From: Phycisphaera mikurensis NBRC 102666 | Lineage (GTDB): Bacteria > Planctomycetota > Phycisphaerae > Phycisphaerales > Phycisphaeraceae | Direction of reading: 5' to 3' | Assembly: GCF_000284115.1 (NCBI RefSeq) | Contig: NC_017080.1 | Span: 2,520,001 to 2,552,000 of the forward strand | DNA length: 32,000 nt | Shown: positions 15,946 through 24,475 of the stretch, one piece after another | Position numbering within the stretch: position 1 is the first letter of the stretch | Layout: every line of letters starts with the position of its first letter | Program-made: the position numbers and the translations under genes | Notes under the pieces: model-generated | What the model was told of the DNA's origin: nothing | Database searches by the model: none | The model's input: only the letters and a program-made list of their open reading frames with translations

Positions 15946-17780
15946 GCGCGGCCGACGCGAGCTCGGCGTCCGCCAGCGGAGCCGCGACCGACGCCGGCCC
16001 GGACGCCGAGGCCGCGCCGGCGCGCCGGGCGCTGCTGGTCTCCCGCGGCCTGATGGTGCTGATGAGCCTGGCACTGGTGGCCCTGCTCGGCCGCGTCGCG
16101 CAGCTGCAGCGGACGCCCGACCCGCGCGTGCTCCGCGTGCTCGATCAGCAACAGACCGCCGGCGTGCTGCTGGCGCGGCGGGGCCCGCTGGTGGACCGCC
16201 GCGGCCGCACCCTCGCCGAGACCCGGGTCGCCTGGCGGCTCTTCGTCGACCCGCGGCTCGTGGAAGACCACGGCATCTTCTCGGAGACGCTGACCCGCCG
16301 CGTCGGCCTCGACCCGGTGGAGGTCGAGCGGGCGATGCACCGCCGGCCGGATTCCCGCTACGTCATCGTCGCCCCGAGGCTGGCGCCGGCGCAGCTCGCC
16401 GCGGCCCGGAGCCTGGCGTCGGAGCTGCGCGCGGTGGCGCTCGAGCCGTATCTGGTCCGCGACTACCCGCGGGGCACCACGGCCGGGCAGGTCGTCGGCT
16501 TCACCAACTCCGAGGGCGTCGGACTCGAGGGCATGGAGGCCGCCGCCCACGCGAAGCTCGCTGCGCGCGCCGGCCGCGCCACGCTGCTGCGCGACGCCGG
16601 GCGCCGGCCGCTCTGGCTCGTCGATGCCTCGGCCGGCGCGGGCGAGCCCGCGGCGTACGACACCCCCGCCGATGGCCGCGCCGTCCGGCTGACGCTCGAC
16701 CTCTCGCTGCAGGAGATGGCCGAGGACGAACTCGACCGGCAGGTCGCGGCGTTCGGGGCGGGGTCCGGCCAGCTGGTGGTGCTCGACCCGCGCAACGGCG
16801 ACGTGCTGGCCCTGGCGATGTGGCCGCGCTTCGATCCGGCCGCGGCGGGCACGACCAGGCCCGAGGACCGCCGCAACCGCGTCGTCGCCGACGTCTTCGA
16901 GCCCGGCTCGGTCATGAAGCCGCTGGTCTGGGCCGCCGCCACCGAGGCCGGAGCCGCCCGGCGGGAGGAGGTCATTGACTGCACGGAGAAGGGCTGGTGG
17001 AAGCCCGAGCGCGGGCCGGTCCTGAAGGATTCCCACCCCAACGGCAAGCTCAGCTGGGACGAGGTGCTGATCCAGAGCTCGAACATCGGCATCGCCAAGG
17101 TCGCGGAGCGGATGGGCGCGGAGGAGGTCGATCGCGTGCTGCGGGCCCACGGCCTCGGCCGCCCGACCGGCTCGGGCCTGCCCGGCGAGCTCGGCGGCAT
17201 CCTCCGGCCGGTCGCCGGCTGGTCGGGCACCGATCTCACGCGGATCCCGATCGGCCAGGCCGTCGCCGTCACGCCGCTGCAGATGGTCGTCGCCTACACG
17301 CCGCTCGCCAACGACGGCCGGCTGGTCCCCCCGCGGATGGTGACGCCGACGGGCCCGGACGAGCGACGGTCCGCGGAGATCGAGCGGCGCGTGCTCTCCC
17401 CCGAGACCGCGGCGGCCACCCGCGGCGTGCTGCGCCGGGTGATGGCCGAGGGCACCGGCCGCAGAGCCGACAGCGACCGCTGGCCGGTGTTCGGCAAGAC
17501 CGGCACGGCCCAGCTCCCCGACCTGGTCAAGGGCGGCTACAAGCCCGGCGGCTACGTCGCGACCTTCATCGGCGGAGCGCCCGCGGACGCCCCGCGGCTG
17601 CTGGTGGGCTGCTTCATCCACGAGCCCGACGTGGAGATCGGCTACTACGGCGGGTCGGTGGCGGCGCCCGCGGCGACGCGCTTCATGGAGCGGGCGCTCG
17701 CGTACCTCGGCGTGCCGGAAGGCCTCCCGCTCCCGGAAGCCGGACGCGCGGGCGATCTCGCCCGTGCCGACGACCGCTAG
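15942..17780 (+). CDS. ftsI: Class B penicillin-binding protein (FtsI/Pbp2-like transpeptidase)
   Basis: EPGSVMKPLVW (SxxK), QSSNIGIAKVA (SxN), FGKTGTAQ (KTG) motifs and N-terminal TM. Confidence 0.9.
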   Translation: MSAADASSASASGAATDAGPDAEAAPARRALLVSRGLMVLMSLALVALLGRVAQLQRTPDPRVLRVLDQQQTAGVLLARRGPLVDRRGRTLAETRVAWRLFVDPRLVEDHGIFSETLTRRVGLDPVEVERAMHRRPDSRYVIVAPRLAPAQLAAARSLASELRAVALEPYLVRDYPRGTTAGQVVGFTNSEGVGLEGMEAAAHAKLAARAGRATLLRDAGRRPLWLVDASAGAGEPAAYDTPADGRAVRLTLDLSLQEMAEDELDRQVAAFGAGSGQLVVLDPRNGDVLALAMWPRFDPAAAGTTRPEDRRNRVVADVFEPGSVMKPLVWAAATEAGAARREEVIDCTEKGWWKPERGPVLKDSHPNGKLSWDEVLIQSSNIGIAKVAERMGAEEVDRVLRAHGLGRPTGSGLPGELGGILRPVAGWSGTDLTRIPIGQAVAVTPLQMVVAYTPLANDGRLVPPRMVTPTGPDERRSAEIERRVLSPETAAATRGVLRRVMAEGTGRRADSDRWPVFGKTGTAQLPDLVKGGYKPGGYVATFIGGAPADAPRLLVGCFIHEPDVEIGYYGGSVAAPAATRFMERALAYLGVPEGLPLPEAGRAGDLARADDR

Positions 17781-17892
17781 CCCGCGCGTGCGGGCCGTGT
17801 CTCCTGTGGCGGGCCGCTGGCGCCAGTCCGCGGGCGAAGTCCGGGCGGAGGCCGCGCGTGGCACGCTCGCCGAGCCGAGCCAGCGCCGCGCT

Positions 17893-19098
17893 TCAGCTCT
17901 CGCTGAGGCGCTTCTCCGCCTCGCCCGCGAGCAGCTCCACCGACTGCCGCAGGTAGGCGGGGATGCTCGCCGCGTGCGGCGACCCGGCCACCGCCGCCGC
18001 GAGCTCGGATTCGGGCACGTCCGCCAGCGTGTCGCCTTTGGCACCGGGGAACCAGTGGTCGGCGCCGCCGAGCATGTTGAAGCGCTTCTTCCCGTAGGTC
18101 GTCATGTCCCAGCCGAGCGCGAGATTGCGGAGCCAGAGCATCACCGGCAGGTTCAGCCCACCGGGTGCCGCGAGCGCCTCGGGCAGGCCACCGGCGCCGT
18201 GGGCCTCCGGATCGCGTTCGCCGATGGCTTGCTCCATCGCGTCGCCGAGCCGCTGCACGATCGGGGCCAGCACCGCCTCCGCGTCGCCCGCCTCCAGGAT
18301 CCGCACCGCCTCGAGGTGCAGGTCGAAGTCGCTCGGCCGGGCGGCCCCGACCGAGAGCGTGTGGACGCCGGGCTGCGTCAGCGTCCAGAGGTCGTTGAAG
18401 ACGATCGGGTGCAGCGGGTCGCAGAGCCCGACGAGCTTCTCCGGCGGGTCGTAGAGCATCCCCCCCTTGTCGGTGGGGCTGATGATGAAGGTGCCCATGT
18501 CCCGCGCGACCGCCCGCTCGATGGCGGTGCGGTGCCGCTGGAAGATGAAGTAGAAGTGCAGGTTCACGTAATCGAAGCCGCGGTCGTCGGCATCGAGGGC
18601 GCTGAGGAGGTCCGGCGTGGGGGCGTGCGTCGAGAAGCCGATGTGCCCCGCGCGGCCGCTGCTCTGGATCGCCCGCGCCGCCTCGACGCAGCCGCCCGGC
18701 CGCATCGCCCGGTCGAGCACCGCGGCGTTGTTGATCCCGTGGACCGCGAGCAGGTCGACGCGGTCGAGCCGGAGCCGCCGCAGCGACTCCTCGAAGTGCT
18801 CGGTGAACTCGGCGGCCGTGTCGGTCGGACCGATCTTCGTCTGCACGATGAGACGCTCGCGCGGGAGCTCCGGCAGCACCGTGCCGAGCTGCCGCTCGGA
18901 GGGGCCGTAGCCGCGAGCGGTCTCGACATGGGTGATGCCCACGTCCATCGACCGCTCGATCACCGCCCGCGTCATCGCGGTGGTGGCGGGGTCGACCGCG
19001 TCGAGGGGCTTGTCCTGCCAGCCGTCCTGGTAGCGCATGCCCCCGGTGGAGAGGACCGGCATCGCGAGTTCGGTGCGGCCGAAGCGGCGGTAGAGCAT
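17893..19098 (-). CDS. Aldo/keto reductase family protein
   Basis: MLYRRFGRTELAMPVLSTGGMRYQ, GITHVETARGYGPSERQLGTVL, LIVQTKIGPT, LRLDRVDLLAVHG, GRAGHIGFSTHA. Confidence 0.9.
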   Translation of the reverse strand: MLYRRFGRTELAMPVLSTGGMRYQDGWQDKPLDAVDPATTAMTRAVIERSMDVGITHVETARGYGPSERQLGTVLPELPRERLIVQTKIGPTDTAAEFTEHFEESLRRLRLDRVDLLAVHGINNAAVLDRAMRPGGCVEAARAIQSSGRAGHIGFSTHAPTPDLLSALDADDRGFDYVNLHFYFIFQRHRTAIERAVARDMGTFIISPTDKGGMLYDPPEKLVGLCDPLHPIVFNDLWTLTQPGVHTLSVGAARPSDFDLHLEAVRILEAGDAEAVLAPIVQRLGDAMEQAIGERDPEAHGAGGLPEALAAPGGLNLPVMLWLRNLALGWDMTTYGKKRFNMLGGADHWFPGAKGDTLADVPESELAAAVAGSPHAASIPAYLRQSVELLAGEAEKRLSES

Positions 19099-19153
19099 GG
19101 CCGAAGGTAGAGCCGGCCCCGGGCGCCGCGGCGGGCGTCGCCGCTTAGAGCAT

Positions 19154-19295
19154 CGCGCGCAATTTTCCGATCGGCCTGCGTCCGCGCGTCGTGTTCCTCG
19201 TGAGGAGGCGAAGCAGCCCTGCCCCTGCAGGGCGATGCAGCCGACGAAGCGAGGGGCACGACTCGCCCGCAGAGGCGATCGGAAAATTGCGCGCG
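19154..19295. repeat. 142-bp intergenic palindromic element with perfect 20-bp terminal inverted repeats
   Basis: CGCGCGCAATTTTCCGATCG (19154-19173) and CGATCGGAAAATTGCGCGCG (19276-19295). Central hairpin CCCTGC ccct GCAGGG (19217-19232) is centred on the same axis (19224.5). Confidence 0.95.
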
Positions 19296-19300
19296 GTGCG

Positions 19301-22300
19301 CTAGTCGCTGCTCCGGGCGGAGGAAGCGTCCGAGTGGTTGCCGGGTGCCGGACGCTCCGCCTCGGCGGCCTCCGCGATCAGCAGCCGCACCGCCGGGGGC
19401 GGGTCCCACGCCGACAGGGAGCCCAGCCAGCGGCTCATGATCGCCCCGCGGGCTCCGCCCGCGTCGCCGACGGAGAGCAGCAGATCGGTCGCGAAACGCT
19501 CGCCCTGCACGCTCGGGTTGCCGATCCACCCGCCGACCGGCAGCTCGTAAAGGTCGATCGGCCTCACCCCGCGGGCGGCTTCGGGCGCGAGGCGGAGCAC
19601 GGACGCGGCGGGCAGCGCGAGGCGCATCTGGATGGCCGACGCCTCGACCGCGGGCAGGCCCTCCCGCACCGGACCGGCTTGGGCGACGCCCCGCAGCCCC
19701 AGGCCGAGGCCCTCCCCTGAGAGCCACAGCGGCCCGTGCCGAAGCTGCCCGCCGTCGAGGGAGAGGGTCAGCGGGCTTGCCCGCAGCACGGTCGATCCCC
19801 CGCGCAGCGTGCCCTCGCCGGCGGCGACCTGCCGCACGGCCCGCTCCACCCCGCCGAGCAGCCAGCCGTCGCTGCGGACCTCCAGCCCGCCCGCCGCGAC
19901 GCTGGCGCCGTCGATCAGCGGCAGCCACCCGGCCCACCCCGCGTCCGGCCGCAGCCGTGCGCCCGCGGCGGGCAGGAGCACCAGCGGCTCGCCCGGGACG
20001 CCGCGGACGAGGTCCAGCGTGAGAGGGTGCAGCCGGCCGCGGACGGCGTCGGCACCCGCGGGGCTGATCGCGAGCTGCAGACGCCCGTCCCCGCCGAGCA
20101 CGAACGCATCGTCGCGGCGTTCGGCGTTGAGCCCGACGAGGGCGTGCTCCGAGACGAAGCCGGCCTGGACGCGGAGCGGGTGGTCCGGAGACGCATCGAG
20201 CACGAGGCTGGGGGCAAGCACCGGGCCCAGGAGCAGCGGCAGGCGGTCGCCGAAGCCCAGCACGCGGTCGAGCGTCGCGGCCGGGAGGGCGTCCCCCACG
20301 ACCTCCAGCAGGTACTCCGCCCCGGCGGGCCGCACCCGCTGCCGGTCGTCGACGAGCCCCAGGATGGATCCTTCGACGCGGACCGAGCCCGGCTCGAGCA
20401 CCGTCGTCCCGCCGTCCGCGGGCACGACGCGGGTGTCGGCGAAGAGGCGTGGCTGCCCGCCGAGGCGGTGCGCGTCGGCCTCCAGCGTGAGGTCGGCGAG
20501 GTCGACGAGCCCGCCGCCGGGGCCACGCAGCCGGACGCGGGGCACCTGCAGGCCCAGCATCATGCCGGAGCGGGCCGGATCGAGGTTGCGCAGCCAGGCG
20601 TCGAAGAGCTCCCGGCGGGAGAGGCCGGCGGCTCGCGGCAGGGCCCCGGGCGGGGCGCTCCAGCGGAGCTCCCGCAGGTCGAGCTCGGCGCTTACCGCCC
20701 GCTCCACCGTCACGCCCGCCGCCGCGATCTGCGGCAGGAGGCTCGCCACCGCGGCGGGTTCCAGCCTCAGCCGCAGCGGCTCGGGGGTGCTGAGCGAACC
20801 CGCCCGCCCCGCCTCCAAGAGGCGGAGCCGGACCGGGCCGGTCATGCCGCGCGACGCCACGTCGATCTTCAGATCCACGACCTCCGGCCGGCGGCGGAGC
20901 CGGTCCGCGGGCAGCGTCTGCACCGCCTCCACGCTCAAGCCCAGCGTCGGGCCCAGGGTCTCGGCAGAGCGAGCCCCCGCCGGGCCGAGCAGCCCGAGCA
21001 GCGGGGTGGGGAGGCCCAGCGCCTCGACCTGGAGCGTGGGCGGTCCGGCCCCCGCGGGCATCCGCGCGTTCAGCAGCGAGACCCGCACGCGGGCCGGCTG
21101 CGGACCGGCAGACCCTCCGGCGTCCGCGGTTCCCGCGATCACCAGGTCGGTCTTGCGGCCGAGGGACCGGCTCTCCAGGCTCAAGCGTCCGCCCAGCAGG
21201 CCGATGCGGTGTCCGTCGCCGCGCAGCACCGCGTCCTCCAGGTCGCCCGCGAGGCGGAAGGACGCCCACTCGGGCTGGGCACCGGCCGCGCCCTCGCTCA
21301 GCCGCAGCCGGTCGACGCCCAGCCGCAGCGTCACCGCAGACTCCAGCGACCAGCCACCGGCGCTCGCTTCCGCCGGGGGGGCAATGGCCGCGAAGGCCTC
21401 GGGCGTCAGCGTCCACGCCAGCTCCCCGCCCTCGGCGGCGCGGACGTCGCCGCCGTCCCGCACGAGCCGGAGGCGGCCCCGCAGACGCTCCGCGTCGACC
21501 TCCAGCGTCGCCTCGGGGAGGGCGAGCGTGCCCTCCGCCGCGAGCCTCCCGCCGAGGGTGGGCCCAAGCGCCGCCGCCGCCCAACCCCCCGATCCGGTCA
21601 GCTCCCCGAGCAGCGCGACCGGGAGCGCGGAAGCCTCGGCCCGGGCCTCCAACGCCGCCTCGCGCCAGCCGATGCCGCCGCCGGGCTGCCGGCCGTTGAG
21701 CAGCACCAGGTCCGCGCGCAGCCGGCCGGTCGTGCCCAGGCGGACCGTCCGCCCGCTCAGCTCTAGCGCGAGCCGGTCCGCGTCGCGGAGGTCCAGCCCC
21801 GCCTCGACCGCCTCGAAGCCGGTCGCCTCCGCTCCGGGCGCTGGCGTCCAGAGCCCGCGGGCCACGTCCAGCCTCACCCGGACCGCCGGCGGGCGGGCCA
21901 CGCCCGAGCCCGTCCAGCCGACGCGTTCCCGCCAGCCCGCCGGCGGCGGTCCGGCGTCCGCGGACGCCGCCGCCTTCCCGGTGCCACGCGGGCGCGGCGG
22001 CGCGGCCAGGCTCCGAGCGAGGTTGAGGCGCCCCGCCTCGGAGCGCTGCAGCCGCACGTCCGCCACGCGGATGCTCAGGTCCGCCTCCGGCCAGCGTCCG
22101 GTGGCCCACCCGGTGGCCAGGTCCAGCAGCCCCAGCGACGCGGCTTCCGCCTCCAGCCCCGTCACGACCGGGATGCCCTCGGGGTCACGCAGCACGAGGC
22201 CGTCGACCCGCGCGCCCCCGAGCCAGCCGATCTCGGCGGATTCGACGGCCACGGTCCCCAAGATGCGTGCGTTGAGCTGCCGGAGCACCCAGGCGTTGCC

Positions 22301-22441
22301 CCAACCGCTGGAGGCGACGCGCGGCAGGGCGAACAGCGCCGCCGCGAGCAGAGCCGCCGCGAGGAGCAGCGCGCGGGCGTTACGCCGGCGGTTGGCGAGA
22401 TGGCGGGCGCTCCCGTCGATGTCCAGACGGATGTCGCTCAT
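19301..22441 (-). CDS. Second AsmA-like / DUF748-type large membrane-anchored protein (1046 aa)
   Basis: N-terminal TM (ALLLAAALLAAALFALPRV) then LNARILGTVAVESAEIGWLGGARVDGLVLRDPEGIPVVTGLEAEAASLGLLDLA; overall AsmA-like architecture. Confidence 0.72.
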   Translation of the reverse strand: MSDIRLDIDGSARHLANRRRNARALLLAAALLAAALFALPRVASSGWGNAWVLRQLNARILGTVAVESAEIGWLGGARVDGLVLRDPEGIPVVTGLEAEAASLGLLDLATGWATGRWPEADLSIRVADVRLQRSEAGRLNLARSLAAPPRPRGTGKAAASADAGPPPAGWRERVGWTGSGVARPPAVRVRLDVARGLWTPAPGAEATGFEAVEAGLDLRDADRLALELSGRTVRLGTTGRLRADLVLLNGRQPGGGIGWREAALEARAEASALPVALLGELTGSGGWAAAALGPTLGGRLAAEGTLALPEATLEVDAERLRGRLRLVRDGGDVRAAEGGELAWTLTPEAFAAIAPPAEASAGGWSLESAVTLRLGVDRLRLSEGAAGAQPEWASFRLAGDLEDAVLRGDGHRIGLLGGRLSLESRSLGRKTDLVIAGTADAGGSAGPQPARVRVSLLNARMPAGAGPPTLQVEALGLPTPLLGLLGPAGARSAETLGPTLGLSVEAVQTLPADRLRRRPEVVDLKIDVASRGMTGPVRLRLLEAGRAGSLSTPEPLRLRLEPAAVASLLPQIAAAGVTVERAVSAELDLRELRWSAPPGALPRAAGLSRRELFDAWLRNLDPARSGMMLGLQVPRVRLRGPGGGLVDLADLTLEADAHRLGGQPRLFADTRVVPADGGTTVLEPGSVRVEGSILGLVDDRQRVRPAGAEYLLEVVGDALPAATLDRVLGFGDRLPLLLGPVLAPSLVLDASPDHPLRVQAGFVSEHALVGLNAERRDDAFVLGGDGRLQLAISPAGADAVRGRLHPLTLDLVRGVPGEPLVLLPAAGARLRPDAGWAGWLPLIDGASVAAGGLEVRSDGWLLGGVERAVRQVAAGEGTLRGGSTVLRASPLTLSLDGGQLRHGPLWLSGEGLGLGLRGVAQAGPVREGLPAVEASAIQMRLALPAASVLRLAPEAARGVRPIDLYELPVGGWIGNPSVQGERFATDLLLSVGDAGGARGAIMSRWLGSLSAWDPPPAVRLLIAEAAEAERPAPGNHSDASSARSSD

Positions 22442-22633
22442 GCAGCGTCAGTCTGACACGCCCCCCACCGAACGCCAACCCGCGGCGGCGAGACCCCGCC
22501 CCCCGCCGCGAACCCACGCCCGGGCGGTGCGTAACGTCGCAGCGGGGCCGTCGCGAGCCGGCACGCTCCGGCGGCGACGCCGTCTCCCTCCCGCAGTCCC
22601 CCGGTTCCAGGGCCCGCCCGGGCCTCCCGCTCT

Positions 22634-24370
22634 ATGAAAGACTTTCCCCCCGCTTCCGCTCCCGGCCCGGCCGCACGGCACGTCGCGCCCGCCTCGGGCA
22701 TCCGCTGGTACGGCCCCACCGTCCTGCTCCTGGTGTCCGTGCTCGCGGTGATGCTCGCCGGCCCCGGGCTCATCCGCTCCGTCGCCCACGCCCGCACCGC
22801 GGCGGAGATCGTCTCCGTCCGCAACGGGCTCGAGGCGAATCCCTCGCTCACCACGCTCTCGGACTCGTTCAAGGACGTCGCCCGGGCGGTCGAGCCGAGC
22901 GTGGTCCACGTCGAGATCCAGTCGAGGAACCCCGGCGCGATGCTCCGCCGCGGCCGCGGAAGCTCGCCTCTGGAGAGCCTCCCACCCGGGCTGCGGGGGC
23001 TGCTGCCCGAGGGCCCGCGGCAGCCGATGCCCACGCCGGAGCGGGACCGCTTCAGCGACTACAACAACTACGAGCCCGTCGGCAACGGCTCGGGGTGGGT
23101 CTACCGCTTCCCCGGGCTCGAGGGCAGCGACGAGCCGGCGGCGAACTACATCATCACCAACGCTCACGTCGTCCGGGAGGTGGGCGAGGACGAGCGGATC
23201 CGCATCACGCTGTACGACGAGTCCGTCGTTACGGCCGAGATCGTCGGCCGGCCCGATTTCCAGACCGACGTCGCGGTGCTCCGCGTCGTCGGCGACGGCG
23301 GCGCGGACCGGCTCCACCCCGCGGAGGCCTCGACGCAGACCACCGAGCAGGGCGAGATCGTCTTCGCCTTCGGTTCGCCCTTTGGCGCCGCGTTCAGCTT
23401 CTCGATGAGCCAGGGCATCGTCTCGGCCGTGGGCCGCCGCGTCGGCATCATCGACGGCGGCGGGTACGAGAACTTCATCCAGACCGACGCCGCGATCAAC
23501 CCCGGCAACTCCGGCGGGCCGCTCGCCAACGTCCGCGGCGAGGTGATCGGCATGAACACCGCGATCGCCACCAACAACCGCGGGCCCGGCGGGGGCGCGG
23601 CCAGCAGCGGCGTGGGCTTCGCCATCCCGGTGGCCATGGCCACCCGCGTCGCCGATCGCATCATCGTCGACGGCGTTGTCCGCCGCGGCTTCCTGGGCGT
23701 CCGCATCGAGAACCTCAGCGAAGACATGGCCGCCACCTTCGGCTACGACGGGCGCGGCGTCCTCGTCGCCGAGGCGCTCGAGGGCGGGGCCGCCCGCGCC
23801 GCCGGCGTCCGCGACGGCGACATCATCACCGGGGTCGACGGCGAAGAGGTCGCCGACTCCGAGCAGCTTCGCTTCGCAATCGCCAACCGGCGGCCCGGCA
23901 AGGAAGTCGAGCTGGAGCTGTTCCGCGGCGGCGAGTCTCAGACCGTCCGCGTGGAGCTCGGCTCCCGCGGCGGCGACGCCCTCGCCAGCGGCGGCGGGCC
24001 TTCCAGCGGGTCCGAACGCGGCGACGACGACTTCAGCGGCGTCTCGGACCTCTCCCTCCGCTACGGCATCACCGGGCTCGCGACGCTGAGCCCGGCCGAC
24101 GCCGCCCGCATCGGCCTCGCCGGGTCCGGCGGCGTGATGATCACCGGGGTGCGTCCCGGCTCGGTCGCCGCCAGCCCGCGGATCGACCTGCAGCCCGGCC
24201 GCACCGTCATCACCGCCGTGATGAACGAGGACGTCGCCACCGTCGAAGATTTCAACCGCGCCATCGCCTCCTTCGACGCCGACAAGCCGATCCGCCTGAC
24301 GGTGCTCCGCCCCGACCCGATGAACCCCGGCAGCTTCGCGCCCAGCTTCGTGCTGCTGAAGCTGCCCTGA
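22634..24370 (+). CDS. HtrA/DegP-like trypsin-family serine protease with PDZ domains
   Basis: YIITNAHVVREV (His), DFQTDVAVLRV (Asp), INPGNSGGPLANVRGEVIGMNTAIA (Ser), then PDZ-like GFLGVRIENLSEDMAATFGYDGRGVLVAEALEGGAARAAGVRDGDIITGVDG. Confidence 0.92.
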   Translation: MKDFPPASAPGPAARHVAPASGIRWYGPTVLLLVSVLAVMLAGPGLIRSVAHARTAAEIVSVRNGLEANPSLTTLSDSFKDVARAVEPSVVHVEIQSRNPGAMLRRGRGSSPLESLPPGLRGLLPEGPRQPMPTPERDRFSDYNNYEPVGNGSGWVYRFPGLEGSDEPAANYIITNAHVVREVGEDERIRITLYDESVVTAEIVGRPDFQTDVAVLRVVGDGGADRLHPAEASTQTTEQGEIVFAFGSPFGAAFSFSMSQGIVSAVGRRVGIIDGGGYENFIQTDAAINPGNSGGPLANVRGEVIGMNTAIATNNRGPGGGAASSGVGFAIPVAMATRVADRIIVDGVVRRGFLGVRIENLSEDMAATFGYDGRGVLVAEALEGGAARAAGVRDGDIITGVDGEEVADSEQLRFAIANRRPGKEVELELFRGGESQTVRVELGSRGGDALASGGGPSSGSERGDDDFSGVSDLSLRYGITGLATLSPADAARIGLAGSGGVMITGVRPGSVAASPRIDLQPGRTVITAVMNEDVATVEDFNRAIASFDADKPIRLTVLRPDPMNPGSFAPSFVLLKLP

Positions 24371-24399
24371 TCCGGCCCCGGGCTCATCGACTCCGGAAC

Positions 24400-24445
24400 C
24401 CGCGGACCGCGGGGCTCCAGCGCCGCGGAGCCCGGCGGTCCGCGG
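24400..24445. repeat. Inverted repeat between convergent genes (copy B of dispersed palindrome)
   Basis: CCGCGGACCGCGGGGCTCC (24400-24418) and GGAGCCCGGCGGTCCGCGG (24427-24445): 18 of 19 positions pair, 8-nt loop. Confidence 0.93.
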
Positions 24446-24475
24446 CGGTGCCCGGGCCCGATCCGGAAGCGGACG

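Noticed and set aside
17781-17892. GCCCGC-gcgt-GCGGGC hairpin and a TGGCGCCA-centred palindrome in the ftsI/aldo-keto reductase gap, with a CAGCTCTCGC word shared with the 107-bp repeat
   Set aside because: Short stems are expected at this GC content, and the shared 10-mer alone does not establish a degenerate copy of the tandem repeat.
14340-18044. 1234-aa (-) ORF opposite LysM/ftsL/ftsI
   Set aside because: Antisense to three well-supported genes and lacks recognisable domains.
18972-22637. 1045-aa (-) and 1001-aa (+) ORFs over the second AsmA-like gene
   Set aside because: Alternative frames of the 19301-22441 gene; composition is Arg/Ala/Gly or Ser/Pro/Arg low-complexity, typical of out-of-frame GC-rich DNA.
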